The notes below the pieces were generated by a model. The model made no database searches and was not told where the DNA came from. It was given only the letters and a program-made list of their open reading frames with translations. From Anaerolineales bacterium (GTDB taxonomy: Bacteria; Chloroflexota; Anaerolineae; Anaerolineales; Villigracilaceae), in the NCBI GenBank assembly GCA_034435215.1, contig DAOTXM010000492.1, positions 12,611-76,610 of the forward strand: a stretch of 64,000 bases of DNA. Direction: 5' to 3'. A program made the translations under genes and the position numbers. Positions 36,001 to 45,665 of the stretch are shown in pieces (position 1 is the stretch's first letter; every line of letters starts with the position of its first letter).

Positions 36001-37857
36001 TTATGCCGGTTGCGGTGTCCCGCTTCGTTTTTCGACCGGCGGCGGAAAGATGGCTTCGAATTCCTCGCGGGTGATGCTTTCGGCTTCGAGCAGTTTTTGC
36101 GCCACTGCATCCAGTTCCCGCCGATACTTCCTCAGGATGTCCTGGGCACGGGTATAGGCCTCATCCACAATCTTGCGGACTTCGGCATCGATCTTTTCTG
36201 CAACTGCATCCGAATAATCGCGCTGCTCCGAAATCTCGCGACCTAGGAAGATCAACTCTTCCTTCTGCCCGTAAACCATGTTCCCCAGCGTTTCGCTCAT
36301 CCCAAGACGTGTGACCATGGTGCGCGCCATGCGGGTGACCTGCTCGAGGTCGCCGGATGCACCGGAAGTAATGTCATCGAAGACCTGCTCTTCGGCTACA
36401 CGCCCGCCGAGGGCATAAGCCAGGGTCGCCATGAATTTCTTGCGCGACATCAGCAGGCGATCTTCATCCGGGCGGAACCAGGTGATCCCTCCGGCCTGTC
36501 CGCGACCGACGATGGTCACTTTTTGGACGGGATCGGCTTCGGGGATGGCGTTCCCAACCACAGCATGACCAGCCTCATGGTAAGCAATGATGCGCTTTTC
36601 CTCGTCCGAGATCAGGCGGGATTTACGCTCTGGGCCCATCACAACGCGCTCGATGGCTTCTTCCAGTTCTGGTTGTCCGATGGCTTTCTTATTGCGACGA
36701 GCTGCAAGGATGGCACCTTCATTGACCAGGTTTTCCAGATCAGCGCCGACGAAACCGGGGGTGCCGCGCGCCAGGGAGGCCAGGTCGACCTGCGGATCAA
36801 GCGGTTTCCCCTTGACATGTACTTTCAAGATAGCCTCGCGACCACGTACATCCGGCCGATCCAACGTAACACGGCGGTCGAAACGACCGGGGCGCAACAG
36901 AGCCGGGTCGAGAATGTCGGGTCGGTTGGTGGCTGCGACGATGATGACGTTCGTATCTGTATCGAAACCGTCCATTTCGACCAACATCTGGTTGAGGGTC
37001 TGTTCGCGCTCATCATGCGAACCACCCAAACCGGCCCCACGCTGGCGGCCGACAGCATCGATCTCATCGACGAAGATGATGCAGGGCGAATGGCGTTTGG
37101 CTTGATCGAACAGGTCGCGCACACGGCTGGCGCCCACACCGACGAACATTTCCACGAATTCCGAGCCGGAAATCGAGAAGAATGGGACGCCCGCCTCGCC
37201 TGAGACAGCCTTGGCCAGCAGTGTCTTCCCCGTACCGGGCGGCCCTACCAGTAGTACACCTTTGGGAATGCGTGCGCCAAGCTGAATGAACTTTTGCGGT
37301 TCGCGCAGGAATTCCACCACCTCAGCCAGTTCTTCTTTGGCCTCTTCTACGCCAGCCACATCCGAGAATGTGACCGTGGGATGATCGCCGCTGAACATAC
37401 GCGCACGGGACTTGCCGAATGCCATGGCCTGGTTATTGCTACCCTGCGCCTGCCGGAAGATGAACCACAAGACCCCGCCCATCAACAAGACCGGCAGGAT
37501 AAAAACAAGATTGCTGAGAATCCCAACCCAGGTAGAAGGCGGTTTAACTTCGAGTTTTATATTATCAGGTGCCAGTTGCTCTGCCGTCACACCCAAACCT
37601 GCGAGTTGCTCCACCAGGGTGGCTCCCGGTTCCTTTTGAGAGGACTTTTCCGTGCCATCCCCATATACAACCTGGATCTTATCATCACTTGCGACAATAA
37701 CCCGGTTAATCTTGCCAGTTTGAATATCGTAAGCAACCTGATTTATTGTTAATACATCCTCACTGGTCGTGTCTTGCCGGAAACCCATGTAAAACATGGC
37801 AACCAGGGCAACGATCAGCAGGAAATAGACGAGAAACGATTGATTTCGCGAATTCAC
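36001..37857 (-). CDS. ftsH: ATP-dependent zinc metalloprotease FtsH
   Basis: 618 aa with Walker A GPPGTGKT, Walker [32 protein letters not shown] and zinc site HEAGH. Confidence 0.98.
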   Translation of the reverse strand: MNSRNQSFLVYFLLIVALVAMFYMGFRQDTTSEDVLTINQVAYDIQTGKINRVIVASDDKIQVVYGDGTEKSSQKEPGATLVEQLAGLGVTAEQLAPDNIKLEVKPPSTWVGILSNLVFILPVLLMGGVLWFIFRQAQGSNNQAMAFGKSRARMFSGDHPTVTFSDVAGVEEAKEELAEVVEFLREPQKFIQLGARIPKGVLLVGPPGTGKTLLAKAVSGEAGVPFFSISGSEFVEMFVGVGASRVRDLFDQAKRHSPCIIFVDEIDAVGRQRGAGLGGSHDEREQTLNQMLVEMDGFDTDTNVIIVAATNRPDILDPALLRPGRFDRRVTLDRPDVRGREAILKVHVKGKPLDPQVDLASLARGTPGFVGADLENLVNEGAILAARRNKKAIGQPELEEAIERVVMGPERKSRLISDEEKRIIAYHEAGHAVVGNAIPEADPVQKVTIVGRGQAGGITWFRPDEDRLLMSRKKFMATLAYALGGRVAEEQVFDDITSGASGDLEQVTRMARTMVTRLGMSETLGNMVYGQKEELIFLGREISEQRDYSDAVAEKIDAEVRKIVDEAYTRAQDILRKYRRELDAVAQKLLEAESITREEFEAIFPPPVEKRSGTPQPA

Positions 37858-37990
37858 TTAATCCTCCAGTACCGATACGATTATACCAATCTACTCTTAT
37901 GACGAGTAGTACAGGATAATTCTTATAATAATTTTCTTATATATCCCTGTCAAAACCAATCAAATTCGGGGCTTGAGGGCTTTTTTCGTA

Positions 37991-38752
37991 TCATTCGAGG
38001 AGGAGTTCCACCGGACAATGGTCCGAGCCCTGCATGTTTTCATGAATGATCACGTCTTTGACGTGCGGGACAAGCGCTTCTGAAACCAGATAATAGTCGA
38101 TCCGCCAGCCAATCCCACGCTGACGCGCATTAAAGCGATAGGTCCACCATGTATATTGCACGCGTTCCGGGTAAAGCCTGCGGTATACATCCACAAAGCC
38201 ATGATCAAGGAACTTCTGTACCCATTCCCGCTCTTCAGGCAAAAAACCGGAAGTTGTCTCGTTCTCTTCGGGGTTCCTCAAATCGATAGGCATGTGGGCT
38301 GTATTGAAATCACCCGTGATGATGATTTGCTCTCCCGCTGTATGCAGCGCACCACAAATTTCCAATAAATGGGCATAAAAATCCAGTTTATAGTTCACAC
38401 GCTCCTGGCCGCGTTGACCATTAGGGAAGTAGATATTGTAAAGCAGGAAGCCTGGGTGACGGGTGCGAATGACGCGCCCTTCAACGTCGAACTGTGGCGC
38501 TTGCATGCCAAGCTCAACCTCCAACGGTTCTTCACGCGCAAAGGTAGCTACACCGCTATATCCGGGGCGCTCGGCCGGATTCCAGATCACCTGGTATCCC
38601 GGGAAGTCCCGTTGTTCCTCGGTCAATTGCTCGGGGCGGGCTTTGATTTCCTGGAGGCAGAGCACGTCCGGAGTCCAGGAAAGGACCGCGCTGAGTGCAT
38701 CCTTCTTCAATGCGGCGCGCAAGCCGTTTACATTCCAGGTAACAATTTTCAC
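37991..38752 (-). CDS. xth: Exodeoxyribonuclease III
   Basis: (V)KIVTWNVNGLRAALKK start at GTG 38752, preceded by GAGG. LCLQEIK, TGDFN, SDHCPV. The longer track ORF (to 38947) would overlap the divergent response-regulator gene. Confidence 0.93.
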   Translation of the reverse strand: MKIVTWNVNGLRAALKKDALSAVLSWTPDVLCLQEIKARPEQLTEEQRDFPGYQVIWNPAERPGYSGVATFAREEPLEVELGMQAPQFDVEGRVIRTRHPGFLLYNIYFPNGQRGQERVNYKLDFYAHLLEICGALHTAGEQIIITGDFNTAHMPIDLRNPEENETTSGFLPEEREWVQKFLDHGFVDVYRRLYPERVQYTWWTYRFNARQRGIGWRIDYYLVSEALVPHVKDVIIHENMQGSDHCPVELLLE

Positions 38753-38796
38753 ATTGCCTCGCTTTGTGGTAAACTTGCCCGTAGGACAGGCATTAT

Positions 38797-39195
38797 ATGA
38801 ACGATACAGAAACCAAACATATCCTATGCATCGAAGACGAACCGGAAATGATCGATTTGATTCGTCTGATCCTTGGTCGGCGGGGATTTGAAGTGATTGG
38901 CGCAGCGGGCGGCAAAGAAGGCCTGGAAAAAGTGCGCCAGGAACCACCCGATTTGATCCTGCTCGACCTGATGATGCCAGACATGGACGGGTGGGAAGTA
39001 TACCAGCAAATAAAAGCCGACGAAAAAACCAAAACGATCCCAGTCATCGTGGTTACAGCAAAAGCGCAAAGCATCGATAAAGTGCTTGGACTGCATATTG
39101 CCAAAGTCGATGACTACATTGCCAAACCGTTCAGTCCACAAGACCTTTTGAACAGCGTGGACAAAGTGTTCGGCGCAAAAAACTTGTCGGCCTGA
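38797..39195 (+). CDS. Single-domain response regulator (CheY-like receiver)
   Basis: 132 aa with ILCIEDEPE, LILLDLMMPDMDGWEV and VVTAK. No output domain. Confidence 0.92.
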   Translation: MNDTETKHILCIEDEPEMIDLIRLILGRRGFEVIGAAGGKEGLEKVRQEPPDLILLDLMMPDMDGWEVYQQIKADEKTKTIPVIVVTAKAQSIDKVLGLHIAKVDDYIAKPFSPQDLLNSVDKVFGAKNLSA

Positions 39196-39251
39196 CCACC
39201 ACAGCACACAAACGGGGCGGCGCAAGTCGCCCTGTTTTCTTGTTACGATAG

Positions 39252-39629
39252 ATGATGTCTCGCTTCATTTTTGTACGCAACCTGAACCAACCGGACCTGA
39301 CGCCAGCGCGTGTCAAATATTGCGACTCCTTCTTGTGCCGCCTGCGCGGATTGATGTTCCGGCAGCGCCTCGACCGGGACGATGGCCTGCTTCTGGTCCA
39401 GGGGCGACGCGACAGCCGGATCGACTCAGCCATCCACATGCTGTTCGTCCCGTTCGACCTGAATGTGGTCTGGATCGATGCCAGTCTGACGGTTGTGGAC
39501 AAAGTCATCGCCAAAGCCTGGCGGCCGGCCTACGTTCCAGTCAGACCCGCCTGCTATATACTCGAAATCCACCCGGAGCGCTGGGAGGACTATCAAATCG
39601 GGGATAAAGTGGTATTCCAGGATGTTTAA
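39252..39629 (+). CDS. DUF192-family protein
   Basis: 125 aa with LCRLRGLMFRQ, IHMLFVPFDLNVVWID and YILEI, matching the DUF192 pattern. Confidence 0.75.
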   Translation: MMSRFIFVRNLNQPDLTPARVKYCDSFLCRLRGLMFRQRLDRDDGLLLVQGRRDSRIDSAIHMLFVPFDLNVVWIDASLTVVDKVIAKAWRPAYVPVRPACYILEIHPERWEDYQIGDKVVFQDV

Positions 39630-41037
39630 ACGTTTTATCCCGACCATTGCCCTTATCATTATCTTGTTCTTATTTTCCCACCCTGCATCCGCGCAGACAG
39701 CGGAAGGGCCGATCTATATCGTGCAATCCGGCGATACGTTGTCTTTGATCTCCGCTCGCTTCAACGTCGACCTGGCAGAGCTGATGAACGCCAACAACAT
39801 CAGCGATCCCAACCTGCTTTCCGCTGGGCAGCAACTGGTCATTCCCGGCCTGGAGGGGATCAGCGGCGTACTGGTAACCGAGTTCGTGCAATTCGGCGAT
39901 TCCTTTCGCAGCATCAGCCGCCGTGCACAAATTGGGGAACCCACCCTGCGTAAGCTCAACCGGCTGGTCAGCCCGACTGAGCTGTACGTGGGCGTCAGCC
40001 TGATCGTACCGCAACAAACGGGGGAGAATCGACTGACCGCGCGTATCACGCCTTCCAACGGTGAATCGCTGCTCGAACTGGCTGTCAAGAATAACACCGA
40101 TCCCTGGACACTGACCCACATCAACAGATTGAGCGGCACCTGGGATGCACTTCCTGGCGACGTGCTGTATGTGACTGGCAGTGTATCTGAAACGGTCGCC
40201 AGCGGTCTCCCGGCTGTTTTCAAAGATGCAAAAGCCAGTCCCCTGCCCCTCAAACAAGGCGGGACGACCGTCATCCGCGTGCAGGTGCCGGAGGGAGTAA
40301 CCGTCAGTGGCATGCTGGTGGATCATGCCCTGCATTTCTTCCCGGACGGTGAAAGTGCCCCTCAGGGGGATGGCAGCCAGGTTGCGTTGCAGGGCGTACA
40401 TGCCCTGCTCGAGCCGGGTCCCTACCCCCTGCGTCTGGAAGCGACTTTACCCGATGGCAGCAAACAATCTTTCGAGCAAATGGTGCTGGTAACGACCGGA
40501 AATTACCAACGGGAAGACCTATACGTCGAATCCAGCACGATCGACCCCGCCGTGACAGAACCGGAAAACGAACAAATCCTGGGGTTGACAGCCAATGCCA
40601 ATCCCGAAAAATTCTGGAACGGTGTTTTCGGCTCCCCAGCGGTCTACCCGGATTGCTTTACGTCAAGGTACGGAACCCGACGGACTTATTATGGTGTCAA
40701 TACAAACGTCGAAATCCAGGGATTCCACACCGGCCTGGATTTCTGTGGTGGCGAAGGCCTGCAGATTACAAGTCCCGCGCCGGGGATCGTGGTATTTGCC
40801 GGTCCGTTGGCCGTGCGCGGGAACGCCACCGTAATCGACCATGGCTGGGGTGTATACAGCGGTTTCTGGCACCAATCGCAAATCGACGTTCAGGTTGGAG
40901 AGCGGGTCGAAGGTGGTCAGGTGATTGGCCTGGTTGGCGGGACGGGACGCGTCACCGGGGCGCACCTGCACTGGGAAGTGTGGGTCAACGGCGTGCAGGT
41001 CAATCCGCTGGATTGGCTGCAACAGGCATATCCCTGA
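39622..41037 (+). CDS. Secreted LysM-repeat M23 peptidase
   Basis: ATG 39622 gives the signal peptide MFKRFIPTIALIIILFLFSHPASA. LysM-like YIVQSGDTLSLISARF. C-terminal M23 motifs HTGLDF and GAHLHWEV. Confidence 0.9.
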   Translation: MFKRFIPTIALIIILFLFSHPASAQTAEGPIYIVQSGDTLSLISARFNVDLAELMNANNISDPNLLSAGQQLVIPGLEGISGVLVTEFVQFGDSFRSISRRAQIGEPTLRKLNRLVSPTELYVGVSLIVPQQTGENRLTARITPSNGESLLELAVKNNTDPWTLTHINRLSGTWDALPGDVLYVTGSVSETVASGLPAVFKDAKASPLPLKQGGTTVIRVQVPEGVTVSGMLVDHALHFFPDGESAPQGDGSQVALQGVHALLEPGPYPLRLEATLPDGSKQSFEQMVLVTTGNYQREDLYVESSTIDPAVTEPENEQILGLTANANPEKFWNGVFGSPAVYPDCFTSRYGTRRTYYGVNTNVEIQGFHTGLDFCGGEGLQITSPAPGIVVFAGPLAVRGNATVIDHGWGVYSGFWHQSQIDVQVGERVEGGQVIGLVGGTGRVTGAHLHWEVWVNGVQVNPLDWLQQAYP

Positions 41038-41041
41038 GAGA

Positions 41042-41092
41042 ATGTCGAAAATAAAGGTGGCGTGTGCAGCGCGCCACCTTTATTTTCGACAT
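41042..41092. terminator. Bidirectional terminator (21-bp perfect stem)
   Basis: ATGTCGAAAATAAAGGTGGCG-tgtgcagcg-CGCCACCTTTATTTTCGACAT between convergent genes. A T-run follows. Confidence 0.8.
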
Positions 41093-41121
41093 CTTTTCGC
41101 AAACAATATATATCGACTTGA

Positions 41122-43521
41122 CTACTTGTTCACCCAGAATCCCAGGTGGTTAGAGACAGCCGATTCGTTTCCGGGGATATTGCCTTCGATGGGTGAGTTC
41201 AACACGAACGGTCCTCCCAACGCCCCTTCGATGACCATGGCGGAAGAACCACCGCCATCCAGGTTGATTCCAGTGTAAGCGCCCAGCGAGATCAGGAAAT
41301 CGGCCATGTCCGGGAAGGTCGCGCCTTCGCTATAACCCGGCTGGCGTCCGTCGATCACCACCAGGAACAGCCAGCGTCCATTCTGGTTGAGCCCGGCCGC
41401 TGTGCGCGGCTCGACAGATTGGCTTTCTAGATTGGCAATTCGTTTGCCCTTATCCACCAGCATCCGGTCGCCGGAAACAGCATTGTAAATGGCACCCAGT
41501 GGTGTGTTGAAAGAGACCTCATTATTCTTATTGATATACATGATTGGCCTGCCCTCCCATTGCTGGGAGTACACCGTACCGCGGGAGGCTGCATAGCTGT
41601 TGACCTTGACAGGTTCGCCGCCATTGGGACAATACTGCTGTGGGTTATACGTATCCTGGTCGAGATACTTGAAGCCATCGCCATTGACCGCCACTTGCAA
41701 GCCGAAGTCCTGTAAGAATTTGGAAGTTTTGCGCGTGCAAATCAAACCGCTGGCATGGCTGGGTGGCGTCACCAGGCATTTCAGGCCGGTGGTACGCATA
41801 TCGATTGCCAGAACGTGGGCGACCATTCTGCGTGGCGTCTTCATCTCCTTCCGGAAATACGTGACGCCAGTAAAAATCCTTTGCGTCAATTGTTCAGGCG
41901 CTGTGGTTCCCAAGTCAGTCAGATAGGAAACAGCACACCAACCCACCAAGCCGTCGAAGCGTTGGACGCGGACCCAGCTCCCGTCCTCGTTGGATTCCAG
42001 CGCCACGACAATCTGGCCCTGCGCCAGGGAACCAACCTTGTTGCTGGAAGTGCTCGGCCCCTCGCGCACGTTCAAGGTCGCGACCTTGACCTGGTACCAG
42101 TTTTTCGGAGGGGTGACGGGGGGAGGCGGTTCCCCGCCACCAGGTGGCGGCGTGGGAGCAGTCGTCAACACCAGGTAGCTGGCAAAACACCAGCCGGTCA
42201 GCCCGTCCGATTCGCGGCGAATTTTGATCCAACTCCCGTCGCTGTTCTTTTCGAGCGCCTTGACAACCTCATTGAAAGCCAATGAGCCGATCTTGGCCTC
42301 GCTTGTGCTGGGACCCTGGCGAACGTTCAAAACCGAGGCTGTGACGCGATACCATTCCACCACGCTGGGCGGTTCCCCTGTATCGGGTGGCGCGGTCGTC
42401 TCTTGCAGGTAAGCGGCATAACACCAGCCAGTCAGCCCGTCTGAGGGCCGATAGATTTTGATCCAACTGTTGGCGACAGCGAATTCGAGCGCCTTGACCA
42501 CTTCACCTTGCGCCAGGGTCCCAACATTATCGTAGCTCGTGCTGGGACCAGAACGCACGTTCAAGGCAGTCGTGGTAACGCGGTACCATTTTGGTTCCGT
42601 GGTGGGTGGTTCCTCCGTATCCGGCGGTGTGGGGCTTTCGATTTTTATCAGGTGTGTCTTGTATATCCAGCCAGTCGTTCCATCAGTCCTTTTGACCTGC
42701 ATCCAGCTTTCATCGACGGTCGTATCGAGCAGTTCCAGGACTTCATCCTGCTGTAACGCACCAATCACGGTTTCGTCCACGCCCGGGCTGGTGCGTATGC
42801 TCAACTCGACACGGTATTTCCCTTCTACCTGACCGCCACCCGGAGGCGGTTCACCGGGTTCGGCAATCCCAAAACGTTGACGGAAGGCTACTGCATCGCC
42901 GTTGAAGTAATTTAAGTCGATGCCCTTGCTTTCCACACCATAGAGCTTGCCATCGCCAACTTCCGTGAACTGCCAGAACAACCATTCCTTCGGCCCCCAC
43001 GGTTTGGGGATGCTGGGTTCCGCCACGCCGTAGTTGGCAATCCACAAGGGATATTGGTGGAAATATTCCAAGCTCTGGGCTTCACTGGTCGCATTGGGAG
43101 CATTGTCCCGCCAGTAATAGAAGGCGGTATAAATCGCAATTTCCTTCTTGTCGACCAGCTGCTTGAGCCGCTCCAGAAAATCGTACCAGCTACGCCAACC
43201 CTTGTACGTGCCTCCATAAGCATCCTCGAAATCTGCAAACAGCGGCAATTCCCCCAAATCCCCATTCAACAAATCGACCCACAGTTCGGCCTGTCGTTTG
43301 GGGTCGGCGCGGCTGTCATAGAACCAATAGGTGCCACGCGGGAGTCCAGCATCCTTGGCCGCAACCCAATTATGCTTGAAATCCCTGTCGGGCCACAGGT
43401 TCTGTCCGGCGCGGATAATGACAAAATCCGCGGCCTTTTTCATTTTAGCAAAATCAATACGCTCCGGAGTCGTCGGTTCGTCTTGATAAAAACTTATATC
43501 AGGACCGATTGCATTTCCCAT
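41122..43521 (-). CDS. GH25 muramidase - 4x SH3b - phosphodiester glycosidase (NAGPA-like) multidomain protein
   Basis: 799 aa. N-terminal GPDISFYQ...FVIIRAG...GTYWFY (GH25). Four about-70-aa repeats (W/K)Y(R/Q)V...LNVR.GPSTS...G.L....V.ALE....SW.K(I/V).R.DG.TGW with Pro-rich linkers. C-terminal AVNGDGF...INLDGGGSSAMV (phosphodiester glycosidase family). No N-terminal signal peptide visible. Confidence 0.8.
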   Translation of the reverse strand: MGNAIGPDISFYQDEPTTPERIDFAKMKKAADFVIIRAGQNLWPDRDFKHNWVAAKDAGLPRGTYWFYDSRADPKRQAELWVDLLNGDLGELPLFADFEDAYGGTYKGWRSWYDFLERLKQLVDKKEIAIYTAFYYWRDNAPNATSEAQSLEYFHQYPLWIANYGVAEPSIPKPWGPKEWLFWQFTEVGDGKLYGVESKGIDLNYFNGDAVAFRQRFGIAEPGEPPPGGGQVEGKYRVELSIRTSPGVDETVIGALQQDEVLELLDTTVDESWMQVKRTDGTTGWIYKTHLIKIESPTPPDTEEPPTTEPKWYRVTTTALNVRSGPSTSYDNVGTLAQGEVVKALEFAVANSWIKIYRPSDGLTGWCYAAYLQETTAPPDTGEPPSVVEWYRVTASVLNVRQGPSTSEAKIGSLAFNEVVKALEKNSDGSWIKIRRESDGLTGWCFASYLVLTTAPTPPPGGGEPPPPVTPPKNWYQVKVATLNVREGPSTSSNKVGSLAQGQIVVALESNEDGSWVRVQRFDGLVGWCAVSYLTDLGTTAPEQLTQRIFTGVTYFRKEMKTPRRMVAHVLAIDMRTTGLKCLVTPPSHASGLICTRKTSKFLQDFGLQVAVNGDGFKYLDQDTYNPQQYCPNGGEPVKVNSYAASRGTVYSQQWEGRPIMYINKNNEVSFNTPLGAIYNAVSGDRMLVDKGKRIANLESQSVEPRTAAGLNQNGRWLFLVVIDGRQPGYSEGATFPDMADFLISLGAYTGINLDGGGSSAMVIEGALGGPFVLNSPIEGNIPGNESAVSNHLGFWVNK

Positions 43522-43714
43522 ACTGTTCTCCTTTAACTTAAATGCTCAAGAAATTGTACCAGCAAACTTGCGCGTGTGCGAAAATGTCTCTTTGTGAAGT
43601 CATTATCAGTAGATCACGAAATAGCTTGGAGAAACCCAAATGATTTGACAGATCGGAAAACTGAACCGATAATGGTTAAGGCATCTCATAAATTTCAAAT
43701 TTTGGAGCGTTACG

Positions 43715-45022
43715 ATGACAACCAAAACAGTGATGGTGATCGGGGCCGGGATCGCCGGCCTGACAGCCGCCTACCAGCTCAAGAAGGCAGGGCACAACGT
43801 TCTGGTCCTGGACATGAACAACTACGTTGGCGGGCGCATGGCCAACGTCGAATGGGAAGGCTTCCTGGTGGATATCGGGGCGAAATTCGTCACCACCGCC
43901 GACAAGTCGCTGTTGAAGATGGTCGAGGAGCTGGGGTTGAGCGACCAGATGGTCAAATCGACGGAAGGATTGACGATCACGATCTACCGGGATGGCAAGT
44001 TACATAGCGCCAATTTCCTGTCGATCCCCTCCTATTTTGGCTGGAGCGGTGTCTCTCTCAAGGCGCGCCTGGCAATGCTCAAACTGCTGCCGTATTTCCT
44101 GAAAGTAGGCAAGTTGGAGAGCGTTTATCACCTGGAGCGTGCTGCCTTGCCGGATGTGGATGAAACCTACGAACAGTTCTTCAAAGAGCACATCAGTGAG
44201 GAAATGTTCGAATATTGGGCTATTCCCATGTTCGAAACCATGTGCGCCTACACAGGCGAGGATGTTTCACGCAAGGCTTTCCTGGCAATGATGATGAGCT
44301 ACCTGAACGCCGACTCGGTCACGTTCCGGGATGGGATCGGGGTACTTCCGAAAAAACTGGCGGAGCAGGTCGAAGTCGAGCTGACGGCCCGGGTGAACGG
44401 GATCAGGATGGAGCAGGATGGAAGCGGTGTGGACGTCCGCTATAGCGTAGACGGCAAATCGAAAACGGTCGGCGCGGACCGTGTGATTGTCGCCGTTCCC
44501 GGGAACCACGTCCTGCCCCTGTTGGAGGACCCGCGGCCCGCCTGGCAGGCATTCTTCCCCAAGGTGCACTACAGCACCGGGGCGCTGCACTACCACATCG
44601 CAGAGACGGACTATCGGCCGCCCGTCAAAGGGACGTTCGTGCCGCGTTCGACAGGGCTGCCGATCAACAGCGTGGCCTTCGAGCGCCACCAGGACGGGCG
44701 CTGGCTGATGTTGACCGATCCGAGCGTATACACCTTCGACATGGCGCAGGACCCGGACATGCTGGCTGCGCAGGCGCAGGAGGTGGCCTGCACCATCTTC
44801 CCGGCATTGAAAGGGACCTTCCGCGCACACCGCATCTTCAAATGGCGCGACAAACTGCCCACCTTCCGTCCCGGCTACCTGGATGCACTGGCGCGCTTCT
44901 GGGAGAACCCGCAGGAGGGACCGGTCTATTTCTGCGGCGACTGCTTTGCCGGGCCGAGCACGGGCGGAGCGTTATACACCGGCATGGAATGCGCGGAACG
45001 TGTGCTCCAATCTTTTGGGTAG
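43715..45022 (+). CDS. FAD-dependent oxidoreductase (amine oxidase / protoporphyrinogen oxidase superfamily)
   Basis: 435 aa with the dinucleotide fold VMVIGAGIAGLTAAYQLKKAGHNVLVLDMNNYVGGR and a C-terminal FCGDCFAGPSTGGA. Confidence 0.8.
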   Translation: MTTKTVMVIGAGIAGLTAAYQLKKAGHNVLVLDMNNYVGGRMANVEWEGFLVDIGAKFVTTADKSLLKMVEELGLSDQMVKSTEGLTITIYRDGKLHSANFLSIPSYFGWSGVSLKARLAMLKLLPYFLKVGKLESVYHLERAALPDVDETYEQFFKEHISEEMFEYWAIPMFETMCAYTGEDVSRKAFLAMMMSYLNADSVTFRDGIGVLPKKLAEQVEVELTARVNGIRMEQDGSGVDVRYSVDGKSKTVGADRVIVAVPGNHVLPLLEDPRPAWQAFFPKVHYSTGALHYHIAETDYRPPVKGTFVPRSTGLPINSVAFERHQDGRWLMLTDPSVYTFDMAQDPDMLAAQAQEVACTIFPALKGTFRAHRIFKWRDKLPTFRPGYLDALARFWENPQEGPVYFCGDCFAGPSTGGALYTGMECAERVLQSFG

Positions 45023-45078
45023 TACCCTTTTTACCGAAGTGGAACCTGTGTCTTTGTCAGCTGAAGTTCAACTTGCAC

Positions 45079-45108
45079 TTGACTAAAGAACATTTGTTCT
45101 AATATAAT
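45079..45108 (+). promoter_or_regulatory. Near-consensus sigma-70 promoter with embedded LexA-type SOS box
   Basis: TTGACT (45079..45084) - 18 nt - TATAAT (45103..45108). The spacer contains AGAAC-ATTT-GTTCT (45087..45100), a perfect GAAC-N4-GTTC palindrome. ATG of the next gene is at 45116. Confidence 0.7.
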
Positions 45109-45115
45109 TCTAAAC

Positions 45116-45538
45116 ATGTTCCTGCTCCCATCCCGCCTGCGCAAGCTCCTGCAAAGGGCCAAGGGGTCGGATTCGCGCACCTTCAGCGCGGACCAGGAGT
45201 TGTTGGCCGCCATTCAAGAAGCTGCGCAAGCACAGGGCCGCAGCGAAGAAGAAATCTGGATGGACTTTGCCAGGGCCGGCCGGGAACAGTACCGGCAGAG
45301 TGGCGCGCTGGAAGCCCGCTGGGATTCGCTCTCGGAACGCGAGCAGGAGGTCACGGCACTGGCCTGCATGGGGTACAGGAACTACGAAATCGCCAAAACC
45401 CTGGGCATCTCCCACGAAACGGTCAAGACTCATTTGCAGAATGTCTTCATCAAATTCGATATCCACAGCCGCAAGGAACTGCGCCTGGCGCTCAGGGATT
45501 GGCGCTTCGATGAGTGGTGGGAGGATCGCAGCCCATAA
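45116..45538 (+). CDS. LuxR/GerE-type HTH regulator
   Basis: 140 aa. C-terminal LSEREQEVTALACMGYRNYEIAKTLGISHETVKTHLQNVFIKFDIHSRKEL is a canonical GerE HTH. N-terminal 70 aa not recognised. Confidence 0.85.
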   Translation: MFLLPSRLRKLLQRAKGSDSRTFSADQELLAAIQEAAQAQGRSEEEIWMDFARAGREQYRQSGALEARWDSLSEREQEVTALACMGYRNYEIAKTLGISHETVKTHLQNVFIKFDIHSRKELRLALRDWRFDEWWEDRSP

Positions 45539-45612
45539 GCAGCTATAGGGGGTGAAATTGCTCCGCCCCCACCCCTGCCTCCCCCAACGGCCTACCCCGA
45601 AAATCCCCCGCA

Positions 45613-45639
45613 CAATCCCCTGGCAGGGGATTGTTTTTT
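45613..45639 (+). terminator. Intrinsic terminator after the LuxR-type gene
   Basis: CAATCCCC-tggca-GGGGATTG followed by TTTTTT. Confidence 0.8.
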
Positions 45640-45665
45640 CATGCGTCCAACTTTATGCTGAGAAT

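Noticed and set aside
37991-38947. 318-aa version of exonuclease III.
   Set aside because: The N-terminal 65 residues have no homology to Xth and overlap the divergent response-regulator gene start. GTG 38752, which follows GAGG, gives the canonical KIVTWNVNG N-terminus.
41900-42840. Repeated DNA of about 230-nt period, considered as a possible CRISPR or tandem non-coding repeat.
   Set aside because: The repeats are imperfect and in frame, and they encode four SH3b domains with Pro-rich linkers inside the GH25 protein. There is no repeat/spacer structure.
41122-43521. GH25 lysozyme without a signal peptide, considered as a prophage endolysin.
   Set aside because: There are no holin, terminase, capsid, tail or integrase genes nearby. 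The neighbours are housekeeping genes, and the additional C-terminal glycosidase domain is atypical for endolysins.
45552-45665. Upstream extension of the RecA-fold ORF (track start 45552).
   Set aside because: The extension runs through the LuxR-gene terminator hairpin and T-run and encodes a Pro-rich, non-protein-like peptide. ATG 45666 is preferred because it has a TTGTTT-17-TATGCT promoter-like sequence just upstream.
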